From Selaginella moellendorffii (Eukaryota > Plantae > Lycopodiophyta), in contig NW_003314261.1 of assembly GCF_000143415.4 (NCBI RefSeq), forward strand, positions 4,856,418-4,920,417: 64,000 nt of DNA, given 5' to 3'. The translations under genes and the position numbers were made by a program. Below the pieces are notes generated by a model. The model saw only the letters and a list, made by a program, of their open reading frames with translations. It was not told the origin of the DNA and made no database searches. This document shows positions 12,677 through 27,541 of this stretch, in pieces. Numbering within the stretch: the stretch's first letter is position 1; each line of letters starts with the position of its first letter.

Positions 12677-14009
12677 ATGGAGCAGCGAGGAGTTCCAAAG
12701 TTCCAACTCTTCCTGGCCTTTGTTCTTTCCAATGCCGCCTGCCTTCTCCACGCTGCCAATGTCCCAGCTCTGTTCATCTTCGGGGACTCGCTCATCGACG
12801 TTGGCAATAACAACTACATCAACTCACTCGCCAAAGCCGACGTCCGCTACAATGGTATCGACTACAACCACGGCGTTCCCACCGGGAGGTTCTGCAATGG
12901 TCGCACCATTCCTGATTTCCTCGGTATGGCCAACTTTGCATCCTGCCTGACCTTTCCTCTTGACTTTCAGGCGAGTACCTCGAAGTCCCCCCACCTCCAG
13001 CGTACCTGACCCCCAACTTGACGATCAAAGACATTTCTCGCGGACTAAACTACGCTTCCGGAGCTGGGGGCGTTCTGGATGCCACTGGAGCAAACTACGT
13101 AAGTTCCCACCCCTGTCAAGTACTTCTTCCTCATTGCTGCCTTGTCTTCCAGATTGCCAGGCTCTCGTTCAACCAGCAGCTCGTCTACTTCGCCGGCACG
13201 AAGCAGCGCTACGTCACGGAGCTGGGAATGGACGCGGCCAACAAGTTCCTGGCGGACTCGATCTATATGGTGGCCTTCGGAGCAAACGACTATATCAACA
13301 ACTATCTCGTCACCTTCTCCCCGACCCCGTCGCTGTATAACACATCTCAGTTCCAGGACATGCTGATCTCGACGTACTCGCAGCAGATATCCGTGAGTTT
13401 TCGATGTCCTTTTCTTTCTCTTTGGTAGTTTCTTCCTTCCGCTGACTTGGTTTCTCTCGCTGGGCAGCGTCTGTACGACCTCGGAGCCAGGAAAATGGTT
13501 GTCTTTGGAGTCGGCCCACTCGGTTGCATTCCCAACCAGCTGATGAGAACCACTGACCAGAAATGCAATCCTCAAGTAAACAGCTATGTCCAAGGCTTCA
13601 ACGCGGCACTCCAGAGGCAGCTCAGTGGAATTTTGCTCAAGCAGCTTCCCAAAGTCCGGTTCGCGTACGCACATGGCTACGACAGGTTCATCGACATGGT
13701 CAAGTCGCCTGCATCATATGGTACGTGTGCCTCTTCACTGAGCAAGCAGTTTTCTACGCGTTGCTTGTTCTCGCAGGTTTTAAGGTGACGGACGAAGGTT
13801 GCTGCGGGCTTGGAAGACTCAATGGCCTCCTCGCTTGCATGCCAATATCAAACCTGTGCAGTAATAGGAAAGAGTACCTGTTCTGGGATCCTTTCCATCC
13901 CACGGAAGCGGCCAACATGGTTATTGCCACCGACTTTTACAACGGGACCACAGCCTATGCGTCGCCAATCAATGTCGAAGAGCTTGCATCTGTGTCGGCC
14001 GTGGTTTAA
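12677..14009 (+). CDS. GDSL esterase/lipase, secreted (5 exons)
   Basis: Signal peptide, FIFGDSLIDVGNNN, PTGRFCNG, GLNYASGAGG, FGANDY, LYDLGARK, FWDPFHPTE. Confidence 0.95.
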
Positions 14010-14512
14010 TAGCTCGTTTCAAAGCGAACCCACGCTGTTTTGATCTGAAGAGAGCAATACTTAAAATGGCTTGAACGAAACTTCTCCAACAGGAACTTAC
14101 CATGAAAACTTTTGCTTGGCAGCACAGATAAACGCAGTCACGGCTTCCGAAATCTGTAACTGCTGAAAATCCTTTTGAGTTTCCAGCGGCAGTCTCTTCT
14201 TCTGAAAACACAGCCAGCATAAGCTGACTAACAAAGCAGGTATTGTACCTGGTGCTTTGCAGCATCAAATTGGTGAAACCGTGTGTTGTTTGCTTCTGGA
14301 GTTGGAGTCCAAGGACCAATGCCTTCTGTGCGTCGAACTCCGTTAGAAGAAACATTTGGATGTTTATCGTGTACAGTATCTTCCCTGCTAAACAAGAGAA
14401 TAAATTAGAATCACAAACAAAAGCCAGCTTAAACCTCGGCGCTCTTTGCACGTCGGCTGGAGCTGTAGCTGGCCGTTTCGATTGCTTAGGAATCTGAGAA
14501 TATAAGAAAACT

Positions 14513-16807
14513 CTAAGCAAAAGGTTGTAGAGGTGTTGTTAAGGCAAAGCAAAGTACCTCAGCATGATGGTCACCCCCGGAGACGAACCTTATCCTTTGT
14601 GGGATGAACTTCTTTCCACCATATATCGGATTTAAAGCTCTGAGCTTTCCACCATTGGAGAAGATGGACCACTTCAACTCCGCTCGCAAGGCACGTCGGT
14701 TGGCCCTCGACTGCCTTGTTCGATGGAGCCTGAACGGCCATCGACTTCTCTCTGGAGCCTTCTCAGTACTGACCATAGATTCCCGGGCTCTAAGCAGTTC
14801 CTGGCCACGCTTGGAGCACAGATCAACCACCTCGGCCAGTTTCGAGGACACCAGAAGGGACTCGTGAACCCCCTTGAACAAGTCTGTCACGTCCTCCGCG
14901 ATATTGACACCTTTCTTCTTGAGCTTGAGGAAGCAAGCACGGTTTCGGTTGTCTTCCTGTTCTACAGGCTTCGCGTTTTCCTGCAAAACCTCCTCTATAT
15001 CCGCGCCCTCGTAGTCAGACGAGCAAGTGCTTGGTGCATCCTCAGCAGCTTCATTGTTGTCTGGCATGCCATTCTGAACGTAGTCCTTGAAAACATCGTT
15101 CTCTTCCTCGTCGTCGCTCGCTGCCAAATCTTCGTCAACTTCCTTCGCAGCTGGGAGTTTCTTCGGTGATCCCCCCGACTTTCTTGGTGTGTCGAGCGAG
15201 CTTGGAGCAGTGAAACACCTCTTATCCTCGACAAACTTTCTCGTTATAGGAAAATCTACATCCGTTGAGCAGACCGCACTATCAACACACGCATGCTGGA
15301 CTCCCTGGAGATCGGTTGCATTTTCCACCACGCTCTTTCTTGGTGAAAAAGTGTGAAGCTGATTGCTCTGAGCGTTCGAAGTGTTGTCCGGAAAGACCTT
15401 CTCAGCTGCTGCAGCAATCTCAGAAGTGGTATTTACTACCACTGGTGCAGTCACGGGCCTAGCATGGCTGCTACTTAAACTATGCTTACTGCTCGTTGAT
15501 TTCAAGCAGCCTGACGTGAACTCTTCGTCTTTGATCCTCGATTTGGAGCTCCGCAAGTGCAAAGATACCTGCTCTGTTTCGTCAAAGTTGCTGCTCAGCC
15601 CCTTGGTGTCAGCTATATTCAGCTTCGTGTATAAGTTCCTCTCCAGTGCCAGTAGAGCCTTCACACTGGCTTGTCTAAACCACAGTGGCTTCGCTCTTTC
15701 GGACGTCAAAACTGGTCCAGCTGAAGCGGGTCTGAACCGAATTTCCTGTAGCGAGGGCCTGGCCGGAGGAACATCTTCCTTATGCAAGTTTTTCTCGTCC
15801 TGGTCACAAGCAACGGCACGGTGCTTACTTCCGGCTTTGATAAGCTCTTCGTCATGAAAGGAGTGGCCAAAGTCGCACGGAGCACCCTGCCAACTCTGCT
15901 GCTTACTCTTGCCCCTCTTCGGTGGAGACTCAAACGCAGGACCATCTCGCGAAGAAGACTTGCTACCATCGTCGACGGAACCGTCCATATCATAGAGCTC
16001 ACTCTTGCTCCTGGCTTTTCTCGCAGGAGACTCATCTCTAGCAGACCAAGGCCTCTTTGCAAGAAGACTACTCTCCTTGGCACAGCGACCTTCTCTAGCC
16101 GAAAACGGTCTCTCTTGATGCCTGCTTTTACTGCGGGGCTTCTCAAAGCAGTCCTTTTCTCTGGAATACCTCTCAACGCACTCCCTGCTACAGCTCCTTC
16201 CACCACAGCTATTTTCTTTACTACTCCTTCCACTCCACTGCTTACTATTCCTCTTTGCATTCCTCGATCCCCCGGCAGAACGATTCCATCCTCTTTCTCT
16301 GCATTTCTCGAAATCCCTGCTCGACTGTCCTTCCCTGGAAATCCTATCGCTACTACTACAGGTAGCATTCTCGTGTTTGTCCCTTTCTCTACGTCTGTCT
16401 AGACTATTTTGATCCTTGCCAGGATTCTCAGCTCCTCCATCCAAATCCTCACTGATCTTGTTGTATTCCCGGATCGTCTCCAGCAGCTCTTCCACGGGAT
16501 CCTTCGCCGGCCGCTGCGGCTTACGCAAGCACTGCCGCTCGCGAACCCTGTAACCATATAGACCACGCACCTTGCTCCTGCGCACGAGATCGCTGAAGAC
16601 ATCCAGCTCCATCGGCGCATTGGAGGCGATGAGCCGCAGCAGCACCGGACTGATGTAATGCGGCGCGGAGGAATCCGGGCGCCGCCGATGCTGATCCATC
16701 CGGGGCGCACAAGCATCTCGATCGTCCCTCCAGCGCTGTGGCGCAGCAGCGCCACTCCTCTCCTTGTAGCGCGGCGTCGTGGGGAGCGCGATAATCGCCC
16801 CTTGCAT
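14513..16807 (-). CDS. Uncharacterized low-complexity protein (>=764 aa; probably spliced at ~14567 to further exons reaching ~14050)
   Basis: Long uninterrupted ORF, Ser/Arg/Lys-rich with acidic patch and repeated RPx[ST]A motifs; a donor site near the ORF end. Confidence 0.65.
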   Translation of the reverse strand: MQGAIIALPTTPRYKERSGAAAPQRWRDDRDACAPRMDQHRRRPDSSAPHYISPVLLRLIASNAPMELDVFSDLVRRSKVRGLYGYRVRERQCLRKPQRPAKDPVEELLETIREYNKISEDLDGGAENPGKDQNSLDRRRERDKHENATCSSSDRISREGQSSRDFEKCRERGWNRSAGGSRNAKRNSKQWSGRSSKENSCGGRSCSRECVERYSREKDCFEKPRSKSRHQERPFSAREGRCAKESSLLAKRPWSARDESPARKARSKSELYDMDGSVDDGSKSSSRDGPAFESPPKRGKSKQQSWQGAPCDFGHSFHDEELIKAGSKHRAVACDQDEKNLHKEDVPPARPSLQEIRFRPASAGPVLTSERAKPLWFRQASVKALLALERNLYTKLNIADTKGLSSNFDETEQVSLHLRSSKSRIKDEEFTSGCLKSTSSKHSLSSSHARPVTAPVVVNTTSEIAAAAEKVFPDNTSNAQSNQLHTFSPRKSVVENATDLQGVQHACVDSAVCSTDVDFPITRKFVEDKRCFTAPSSLDTPRKSGGSPKKLPAAKEVDEDLAASDDEEENDVFKDYVQNGMPDNNEAAEDAPSTCSSDYEGADIEEVLQENAKPVEQEDNRNRACFLKLKKKGVNIAEDVTDLFKGVHESLLVSSKLAEVVDLCSKRGQELLRARESMVSTEKAPERSRWPFRLHRTRQSRANRRALRAELKWSIFSNGGKLRALNPIYGGKKFIPQRIRFVSGGDHHAEVLCFALTTPLQPFA

Positions 16808-17112
16808 CGCATCGCCCTAGCTAAGCCCTAGCCCTAAACTTTTGAAGATACGCGCCATAACGGAAATATTCCAATACCGTACGGACACAACGGAAGAAAA
16901 AGAAAAAAATAATAGAAAGAATTTCTCTTGTTCTTCGTCTCTCTCTTCGTCTCTCTTGTTCTTCGTCTCTTTCTGCCTCCTCCCCGGTCGATCGATCATC
17001 TCGCGCAAACACTCGATATCTTCACCATCAGTTACACAACAGGGATGATCTCATCGTCTTCTTCCATCCTTGTTCATCGTCTTCGTCGTTGTCTTCCTCA
17101 ATCGTATTCTCG

Positions 17113-19629
<2,517 letters not shown>

Positions 19630-20369
19630 GTGCTGCCCAGCAATGCCGCGACGCAAGAGCAAGCATCCAGTGATGATCCACCGCAGCGGCCCCTCAATCC
19701 CCAGGCTTCCCACAAAACATCCTTGTTCTTGACAGCGCTAGCTTCCACAAGCTGGGAATTCCCAAATCGCGGCACCCCCCTCGTGTCCCAGATAGAAGAA
19801 TTCTGGCAATTCGGCGATGGCAACCGGCAGCGGCAACAGCAGGTATCGAACCCCTCCGCCGCTTGTCTCATCCCCACGCCCTAATCCCGGATTCCCCCAA
19901 AATGCAGCTCCTCCCTCGCCCCAGCCGCCGCAAGATCCCTGCGCCGCCCCGAAATATCGATCTCCCTGCTCGGCCCTAGCCCCGGATCACCAGATCGTGG
20001 CACAGCGCCCTCGCCGGCGCCAGATCGAGCGCCACCATACCTATCGCAGACGCGCCGAGGCCAGCCGCGATCTACCTAGAGCTCGCGAGGCGCCAGATCA
20101 AGCACTCGCCCACCGACGACGCGACGCGCACAAAGAAATGGAAGATGAACGACACACCACCACAGCCAAAGCATAAGAAAGAGAGAGGAAGAAAAAAAGG
20201 GCAGTAAATCGATTACTTGCCTTTTTTTACTACCACCGTAACACGTGACCTACCTTTTTAAATTCCATGCTGGCCATCCGACGGCCCTGGCGCCTGCCAC
20301 CTCCGCGCGCGATTCACCCCGAGCGTCGATAGGAAAATCGTGTCTTTTTACCAATTTACGAATTAATCA

Positions 20370-22535
20370 TTGATGCCGAAGCAACGGCCACGATGAACGC
20401 TTGTGGTGGAATGGGCAGGCCGGGGTTGACAACGCTCCCAACTGATTGGTTAGCTGCAAAACATGGCTTTATCGCTGGAGCCACTCACTCTCGCACAACT
20501 TACAACTTTTTTTTATATTTCAGGTCAAAATTTTCGGACATTCAAACCATTGCTTTTGTGACTTGATTTGGGTGCAGGATCCAATCCAAGCCTCCCAATG
20601 GCACCAAAACACAAAGGTTTGCGCACCCAAATGTGGAGAATTCCATTTCTTGGCTTTCCAGGCATGCCATAAGTTGCTTTAAAGAGGCGTTAAACCCTCT
20701 TGGTTTTGGAGAGGGACGCGCGACCAAAGCTCCTCACAGGGCTGCATTGCAACAACCCTTCGCAAGGAAAGAAAAAACTGCCAAAGTTTTGCTGGAAATT
20801 CAAGAGTGTTGCACTTGCTTTCCGAGACAATCCAGAAACTTGTGGTACTCTTGCTGCGTGTCTGGCTTTGAGAAGTCCAGGTGCGGCAGAGTTTTCAGCA
20901 TGTGCTGCTCTTTTATAAAAACAGCATGGTGGTTGTGAGGAATAGAATCCAGATTTCCATTCCCATTTTGTGTTTCAAAAACTTTATAGTTGCGATTCAA
21001 TGAACAAAGAACAGCTAGCTCAGGAGAAGCATATACATATAAATCACACCAATCTTGGCTAGTGCCACTTAATAGACTAGCAAGCAATTATCTTGTTGGC
21101 ATTTCAGTTTTCTTTAATAAACTAATGGCAATATGCTTAGATTGGTAAATTTTGATAAATTAGCAAAGTAAGTAAAACAATATTCTTCTGTATTCAAAAG
21201 TTGTTTTTTTTCTTGGAACTTTTCTTAACCCTGTTTGAGGAATCTTTAATTTATTAATTTAGGATTTTTACTCTACTTTAACTCTTCTTAAACAAGTTAA
21301 CTCAATATATAGTTTGAACAACAAGATCAAAAGATATTTGTGCAAAATACTTTTAATGCTTTCATTTTTTGTTTAGTTGTGTTTGATTACTATTATACAT
21401 TAACTAATTTATAAAAAATAACTTTAATTAATTTTTATGGTGTTAACTAGATTATCTTTTTTTAATAATATTTTATAAATAATCATTACAACTGATTTTT
21501 TAGATTAAAAGATTATACTAGAAATTTTATAACCTTTATCTATAAATATAAAATAATAAATGTTAAGAATTTTTACATAAAATTTATAATGTTTTCAAAA
21601 TTAAAATTATTCTTTAATTATTTTCTAATTTTTACATTTTTTTTATGATTTTTTAAATTAAAACTCCCATAAACCCAATAAATTTAACTGAGATAAAATA
21701 TTTAATAAAAAAGTGGTATAGGTATAGTGGCAAAGGCCTTTATGAATGACAAAAAATCATATTTATAATAATGAAATAAGTTATATTAATTATGTTTGTA
21801 TAAGATATACTAATGAATCATTTTTCATTTAGTTAATTTTTATTTTTATCACTTTTAGATTGGAGTTTTTTATATTTATTAATTAATTTTTATTTTATTT
21901 TTTATATTTTAATTATTAAATATGTGATAGATTATAAATCCACTAGCTATATCATTTGCAATTGTGAAAGTACAATAGTATCTAAACATTTTTTAAATAA
22001 ATTGGCTTATAATTTTTAAAACATATGTGCCAAGATTTGAAGAATAAGAAAAAAAAAATTCTTAGCAATTCTCCACTATTAGTTAGTTAAGTACATTCTA
22101 TTTTATGCTATTTTGACAATTTAGATTTTAGATTACAGTATTAGCATCAGCAGTCAAAGCAAAGACAAAACTAAGAGGAGCAAACAATGCCACTAAAGCC
22201 AAGAGCCATGAAGACACACAAGCCAGTGGCCACTGCCAAGAAATGATAATAAGGCATTGCTTGACAAGGATCAAGCTATCTAATTCAATGGCAAGAAACA
22301 GCAATGCTGCTGGAGCAAACAAAAAGAAGGTAGGAGCAACCAAAAAGGAAGACAAAGATGTTTTTGCGAATGCTCTAGCTGCTGAGAAGATTGTGTGAAG
22401 GAGGCTGCAAAGAGGAAGAAGATGAGACAGTGGCAGTGGAGCATGCTGGAGCGGCGATGAAGAGATGAGATCAAAGAAGAATGTTGAAGCAAGCGATGCA
22501 AGAGCGGTGTGAGAACAAGAGACAAAGCGACCCAT
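20370..22535 (-). pseudogene. Decayed gene or element of unknown family split by an AT-rich island
   Basis: One minus-strand frame from 21087 to ~20370 with several TGA/TAA stops; hydrophobic ORF 22128..22535 on the same strand on the other side of the island; strong CpG depletion. Confidence 0.5.
21100..22130. other. Extremely AT-rich island (possible degenerate transposon relic)
   Basis: About 1 kb dominated by A/T runs, with no ORF in the track; sharply unlike the flanking sequence. Confidence 0.8.
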
Positions 22536-23178
22536 TCAAATAAAGGGGGAGAGAAAGAGTAAAAACAAGGAATAGAGAGCTTTGCGCTGTGAGCTATAGC
22601 GTTGAGTCAGTCTGGCTGGCATCTCTGAAAAGGAGCAAAGTGGAAGTAGTGCTTGATCCCGAACCAACATGTGAGTATATAGTAAACGGGGGCTATTATT
22701 TTAATGATCGCAACCTTTCTTTTTGCTTTTCACAGAACGCCGGGAGATTCCAAGCACCAACTTCTTCACAATCCAGGCCTGGCTGTATATGCTATAAATT
22801 TACAAACTATTCTATACATGCAGCTGCCCTTCATCAGGTTTTCTTCATCCATTCTTTTATGGAGCACAGAGACAGAGCAATGGAAGCCTCTAGCGTCCAG
22901 AAGATAAAATCTCCTAGGCAAACTCTGGCTTTATGCTCAGCTGGAAAATCCTTGAGCATGACTTCGAAAGGTTTCGAGAAAAATTTCGAGATGGAAGGTA
23001 ATAGCACCACCTATGGGAAAGAAAATCAATAGAAACATATCTAGACAGCGGCTCTCGCTGACGCAGCCAAGACTATAACTACGGGCAAAAGCCACAAACG
23101 TTCATTAATGCACATCATCCGATAACACTGACTCAAATCCGCAACACTAGAAGCTCATCGTCCTTATGCTTCGTCGAA

Positions 23179-24138
23179 TCAATAGTAAGATGGAGGAGGA
23201 GGAGAGCTATAGTAATACACGGGCGGAGGTGGTGGCGAGCTATAGACGTACGGAGGTGGCGGCGATGGCGACGGTGGTGGAGGGGACATGTATACGTATG
23301 GTGGTGGTGGGGACGGTGATGGCGGAGGTGGAGACTTGTAGATATACGGTGGTGGAGGGGATGGAGAGGGCGGTGGCGGCGACTTGTAGTAGTATGGAGG
23401 AGGTGGCGATGGAGATGGCGGGGGTGGAGATTGGTATACGTATGGTGGTGGCGGAGATGGTGAAGGTGGTGGCGGGGATTTGTATACATATGGCGGAGGT
23501 GGTGATGGGGATGGTGGTGGCGGAGATTTGTACACATAAGGAGGTGGCGGGGATGGAGATGGAGGCGGTGGAGACTTATACACATAAGGCGGAGGTGGGG
23601 ATGGAGATGGAGGCGGCGGCGATTTGTAAACATACGGCGGTGGTGGCGAGGGAGATGGCGGAGGTGGCGAGCTGTAAACATATGGAGGAGGCCGCGAGGG
23701 AGATGGCGGTGGCGGGGATTGATACACATACGAGGGAGATGGAGGTGGCGGAGATTTGTATACGTACGGGGGTGGCGGAGAGGGAGATGGCGGCGGCGGC
23801 GACTTATAGACATATGGAGGTGGCGGAGACGGAGATGGCGGAGGAGGAGATTTATAAATGTAAGGAGGAGGCGGAGATGGAGATGGTGGCGGCGGTGATA
23901 TATAGACGTATGGTGGTGGCGGCGAAGGAGACGGCGGAGGGGGCGATTTGTAGATGTACGGAGGAGGCGGCGACGGGGATGGCGGAGGCGGCGACTTGTA
24001 CACATAAGGCGGCGGCGGTGAGGAGTAATCGTAATTCGCGCTCACCACATTAATCTCTCCCAATGCCGCGATTGTCACCAGTGCTAGAGCCCATCCCAGG
24101 GCGATCGAGCTGTGGGAAGCCATCAATCTGGTCCCCAT
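23179..24138 (-). CDS. Classical extensin (HRGP) with SPPPPSPSPPPPY(V/I/Y)YK repeats
   Basis: Signal peptide followed by many 16-aa (48 bp) Ser-Pro4/Tyr-X-Tyr-Lys repeats. Confidence 0.95.
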   Translation of the reverse strand: MGTRLMASHSSIALGWALALVTIAALGEINVVSANYDYSSPPPPYVYKSPPPPSPSPPPPYIYKSPPPPSPSPPPPYVYISPPPPSPSPPPPYIYKSPPPPSPSPPPPYVYKSPPPPSPSPPPPYVYKSPPPPSPSYVYQSPPPPSPSRPPPYVYSSPPPPSPSPPPPYVYKSPPPPSPSPPPPYVYKSPPPPSPSPPPPYVYKSPPPPSPSPPPPYVYKSPPPPSPSPPPPYVYQSPPPPSPSPPPPYYYKSPPPPSPSPPPPYIYKSPPPPSPSPPPPYVYMSPPPPSPSPPPPYVYSSPPPPPVYYYSSPPPPSYY

Positions 24139-25937
24139 TTTGCCGGAAGATCGAGCTCGCAAAATCCCCCTGTTCTCCTTATCTTTTTTCCGTCTTTCCT
24201 ATGCTGGAATGATCGATCTCACTGATTGAAAGCCTCGCAGAGAATTGAGATCTAGAATCGCCGGTGCTGCTGGTGGTGCGATCGGATCGGATTGGAGCAG
24301 CCAGCGAGCGACGCGACGAGCGATTGAGGGATGCTCCTCAATCTAGAGCAGTGAAGAGCTCTCGAGACGAAGAGCTCGAGGAGGAGCAAAGAGATGAGGG
24401 ATGAGAGTGAGTGGAGTGGAGATTTATAGTGCCAGAGATGCCAGCCAGACTGACTCAATGCTGTAGCTCACAACGCAAAGCTCTTTATTTCTTGTTTTTA
24501 CTCTTTCTCGCTTTGTCTCTCCTCTTTCTCACGCTGCGCTTACGCGGGCAATCCACAGTAAATCTTCCAGGACAGAAAAGAAAATGGAGGAACCAACTAC
24601 GTGTTTTGCTACGTTGATTTTTTTATCCATGCGAGTAAGTTCTTACGTATCAATCCAAAGCCGAGTGAATTTACCGGGTCAGAGTTTAAAGAGTGTTGGG
24701 TCGAATCTCAGTACATCCTACTGCGGGTACTGCCCGCTACGATCAAGCTGCCAAAGTTACGCGGTGACTTTTTGTTTCGTTCTCTTGAAATCGATTCATC
24801 CCTACTGCCTATTCCCCGCCGGAGCTTCGTTTTCACTCGCGGAGAGGTTATTTATTCTTGGAAAGCCTTGAATGCCTGAAAACAACCACAAAAAGTGTGA
24901 TTATCAAAAAATGAAAAAAAATAAAAAGAAAAGAAAAAGTAAAGGCAAAGAGGATCAAGACCACGGGCTGCGATTTTCCTCTTTTCTGCCCAGGCATCAA
25001 CATCAGCAGGAGTTGCATGCACGCTATCTGGAAAACTCTGAAAACTTTCTAGCAAAAGCAGTTAAGTTCTAGTCTCCAACAAGAAACATTTGATGCAATC
25101 GTAGCCTCGCTGGAGTGAATCCCACCACCCTTGAAACCATCAAAGTTGACGAGCGTGAGATTGCTGCCGATCTTCGTGCAGTTGACACATACGCGAAGAC
25201 AGTACAAACATTATACTACCAAACAATAAGAAGAAGAAGAAGAAGATCTACGCGCTTGCGGCATGCATGCCATGCCAAGGTAAAAGGACAAAAGCTGATG
25301 CGAGGAGTATAAAGGGGAATTCACAAACCCCACCTATATTCTGTTAAAACGCGGGGGGCTGTCTCATGGATGGATTCCAGAGGGATCATCACTGTTCACT
25401 CATGAGTTCACTCCAGCTCATGGGGCTTATAACTAACCTCCGTGTGGAAACAAACTTGGACTCCAGCAAAGTGCTTCCTCCACTCCCAGCCAGCAGCTTG
25501 TAATTCATGGCTTGGCTCTTTTGGGCTTTCCGGAGTTTGGTATGCGTCCAGCGGACGTGTTCGTAAAGTATATTCCGGGACTTCATCTCCAACGAGAGCC
25601 TTCATCTCTAACTAGGACGAGATCTGAAATGGAAAAACCTGTTGAGCTACGGGAATCCAAGAAAGGGGAGCTGAAAGCAAATGCACGATTGCAAGTGGGG
25701 CGAAGAGATTCCGTGGTGGCCCGAGTGTCGCGAAAGCTCCGCCAACTTTTACGGAAGAATCAAAGACGACCTGAAGTTTATCTCGAACTTGTTTCCACTT
25801 AAAGCTTCTATTTCTTTTAGTTCGCATTTTGCACAACTACCCCGAAGACAAGAAAACTTCGCTTTTGAATGCATTATAGGATAATCTCACCAAAGGAAAA
25901 GGAGGCCGGAACGATTTGATGGAACCCATCGATTCAG

Positions 25938-27313
25938 TCATAGTATTTTTTCTAGCCCATAGACAAGAGACTGCGAAAAAGATCAAACGATAACCATGAG
26001 ATTTGGCAAATTCGTCCTTTTACCTGAAGCCTGATAACTCGTCGAATGGCAACCAAGAGCCCAGGCATGAGAGCCTTAACATCTGTTATATCGTGCCTCA
26101 GAGAAAACACCTGTGGAAAGTGGTGAGAAACTTTCGCAAGGTATGAGTATGAGAACAAATTACCTCTCCTGGGCCTGAAAGGCTTACGGCGAGGCTTGAA
26201 ATGAATCCAGGTGAAACCATACTGTGGATCCTAATTCCATCGTCTACGAGCTCGCCTCTTGCCTTCACGAACAAGGACAGTGAAGACTAAGAAATCTAAA
26301 TGAATAAAAAATGAAGAACACTGGACTTTACCGGATGTTCTTTGGAGAAATCGGAGTCGTTGTAAACGCGCCCCATGCCGGTCATGCTCTTTGCAACTCT
26401 GAGAGCCTCCGAAGAAGGATAAACGTTCTACATACAAAGCAAGGAAGATCTCAACCATGTAAACTTTGAAAGAGGTGGCAAACCTTGGCGCTCTGCTGGG
26501 ACTCAACTATGTCGACGTGACTGTAGTGGAAAGACGCAGCAATGGCCGCTTCCTGAAGAAGAACAGCTCCAATCGAAAGCGTTGGTGCGATGACACAGCC
26601 CTGCAAGTCAGGCACACGCTGAGACATAGATAGAGAAGCAAAGGACGGAGAAACTCCACAGCTTAACTCACCACATCTCACCATGCTGGCCTTTTCGCAA
26701 AATGTGATAAGCTGCGAGACGACGTCCAAATCCACACCTGGCACCGCAACCACGCTCCTCATCCCAAACGCTGTCGCTTGTCTTACATTCTCGAGGACCT
26801 CGGATGCCTCCGAGAAGTCGACCACTACTCCGGTTGGACGCGACTGTGGAAAGAATACCACATATAAAACTTACGAAATGGAAATGCTATACTCTAACTT
26901 GAGACAGAGAGCCCAAGACCGTGACGAGATTGTTGGACACTGGTACTTCTAGTGCTTCCAATCCGGCAACCTGATAATGTAGCTCCCTATAAGACTCTAG
27001 AGAAAGAAAGAGAAAAAAAGGAAAGCTTTACCTCACCGACGTCTTCGCCAACACGTATTGTGTCAATAGCTCCGGCAACTTCCATTCCTCGGGATTTCGA
27101 GATTGCTGCAATGGCAGCCTTGCCAATGTCTTTGCAAGCACCACTTACAATCACCTGAGCAAGGAACCGTGAAACCAACGAGAAAGGAAAATGGAAAGAA
27201 CCAACCTTGATATTGGAGGATGAAGATTTCGCGCCTTGGGCCGTAGAGGCAGAGATTAAAACTCCGGGTCTAGCCTTCCACTCGAGTCCCAAGCTGCAGC
27301 ACACCATAGCCAT
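25938..27313 (-). CDS. CRR1: Dihydrodipicolinate reductase-like protein CRR1 (chloroplast NDH assembly)
   Basis: VIVSGACKDIGKAAIAAISKSRGMEVAGAID, NVRQATAFGMRSVV, FCEKASM, APTLSIGAVLLQ, FSLRHDITDVKALMPGL, final exon SLVYGLEKIL*. Confidence 0.88.
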
Positions 27314-27541
27314 AAGAGAGAAAGAGAACCAAACAACCTAAGCAACTGGATTCACTTAAACCGAAGAAAAAATCTCCAGCAAAGTGAAAGCGTAAAGAAA
27401 CTGTTCCGTGAGCTTTAAACGTATGATCCATTCAAAGGAATGCCGAGAACATAGCGATCGATAATCCTGGAAAAACTCCAGCAAACATTCTCAGTGAAGA
27501 ACAAAGAAGAAGAAACGATGAAAAGAAGGATATGAATCAAC

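Noticed and set aside
20370-21087. Possibility that TGA/TAA stops are repaired by U-to-C RNA editing
   Set aside because: Reverse editing is an organellar process; nuclear context and CpG depletion favour DNA-level deamination
23190-24030. Regular 48-bp repeats resembling a CRISPR-like array
   Set aside because: Coding tandem repeats without unique spacers, in a plant nuclear genome with no cas genes
23166-24053. 295-aa plus-strand ORF and 290-aa alternative-frame ORF over the extensin
   Set aside because: Shadow frames produced by the stop-free 48-bp Pro-rich repeat
25360-25880. Short ORFs with coding-like composition between the extensin promoter and the CRR1 3' end
   Set aside because: No recognisable family and no consistent frame or splice structure
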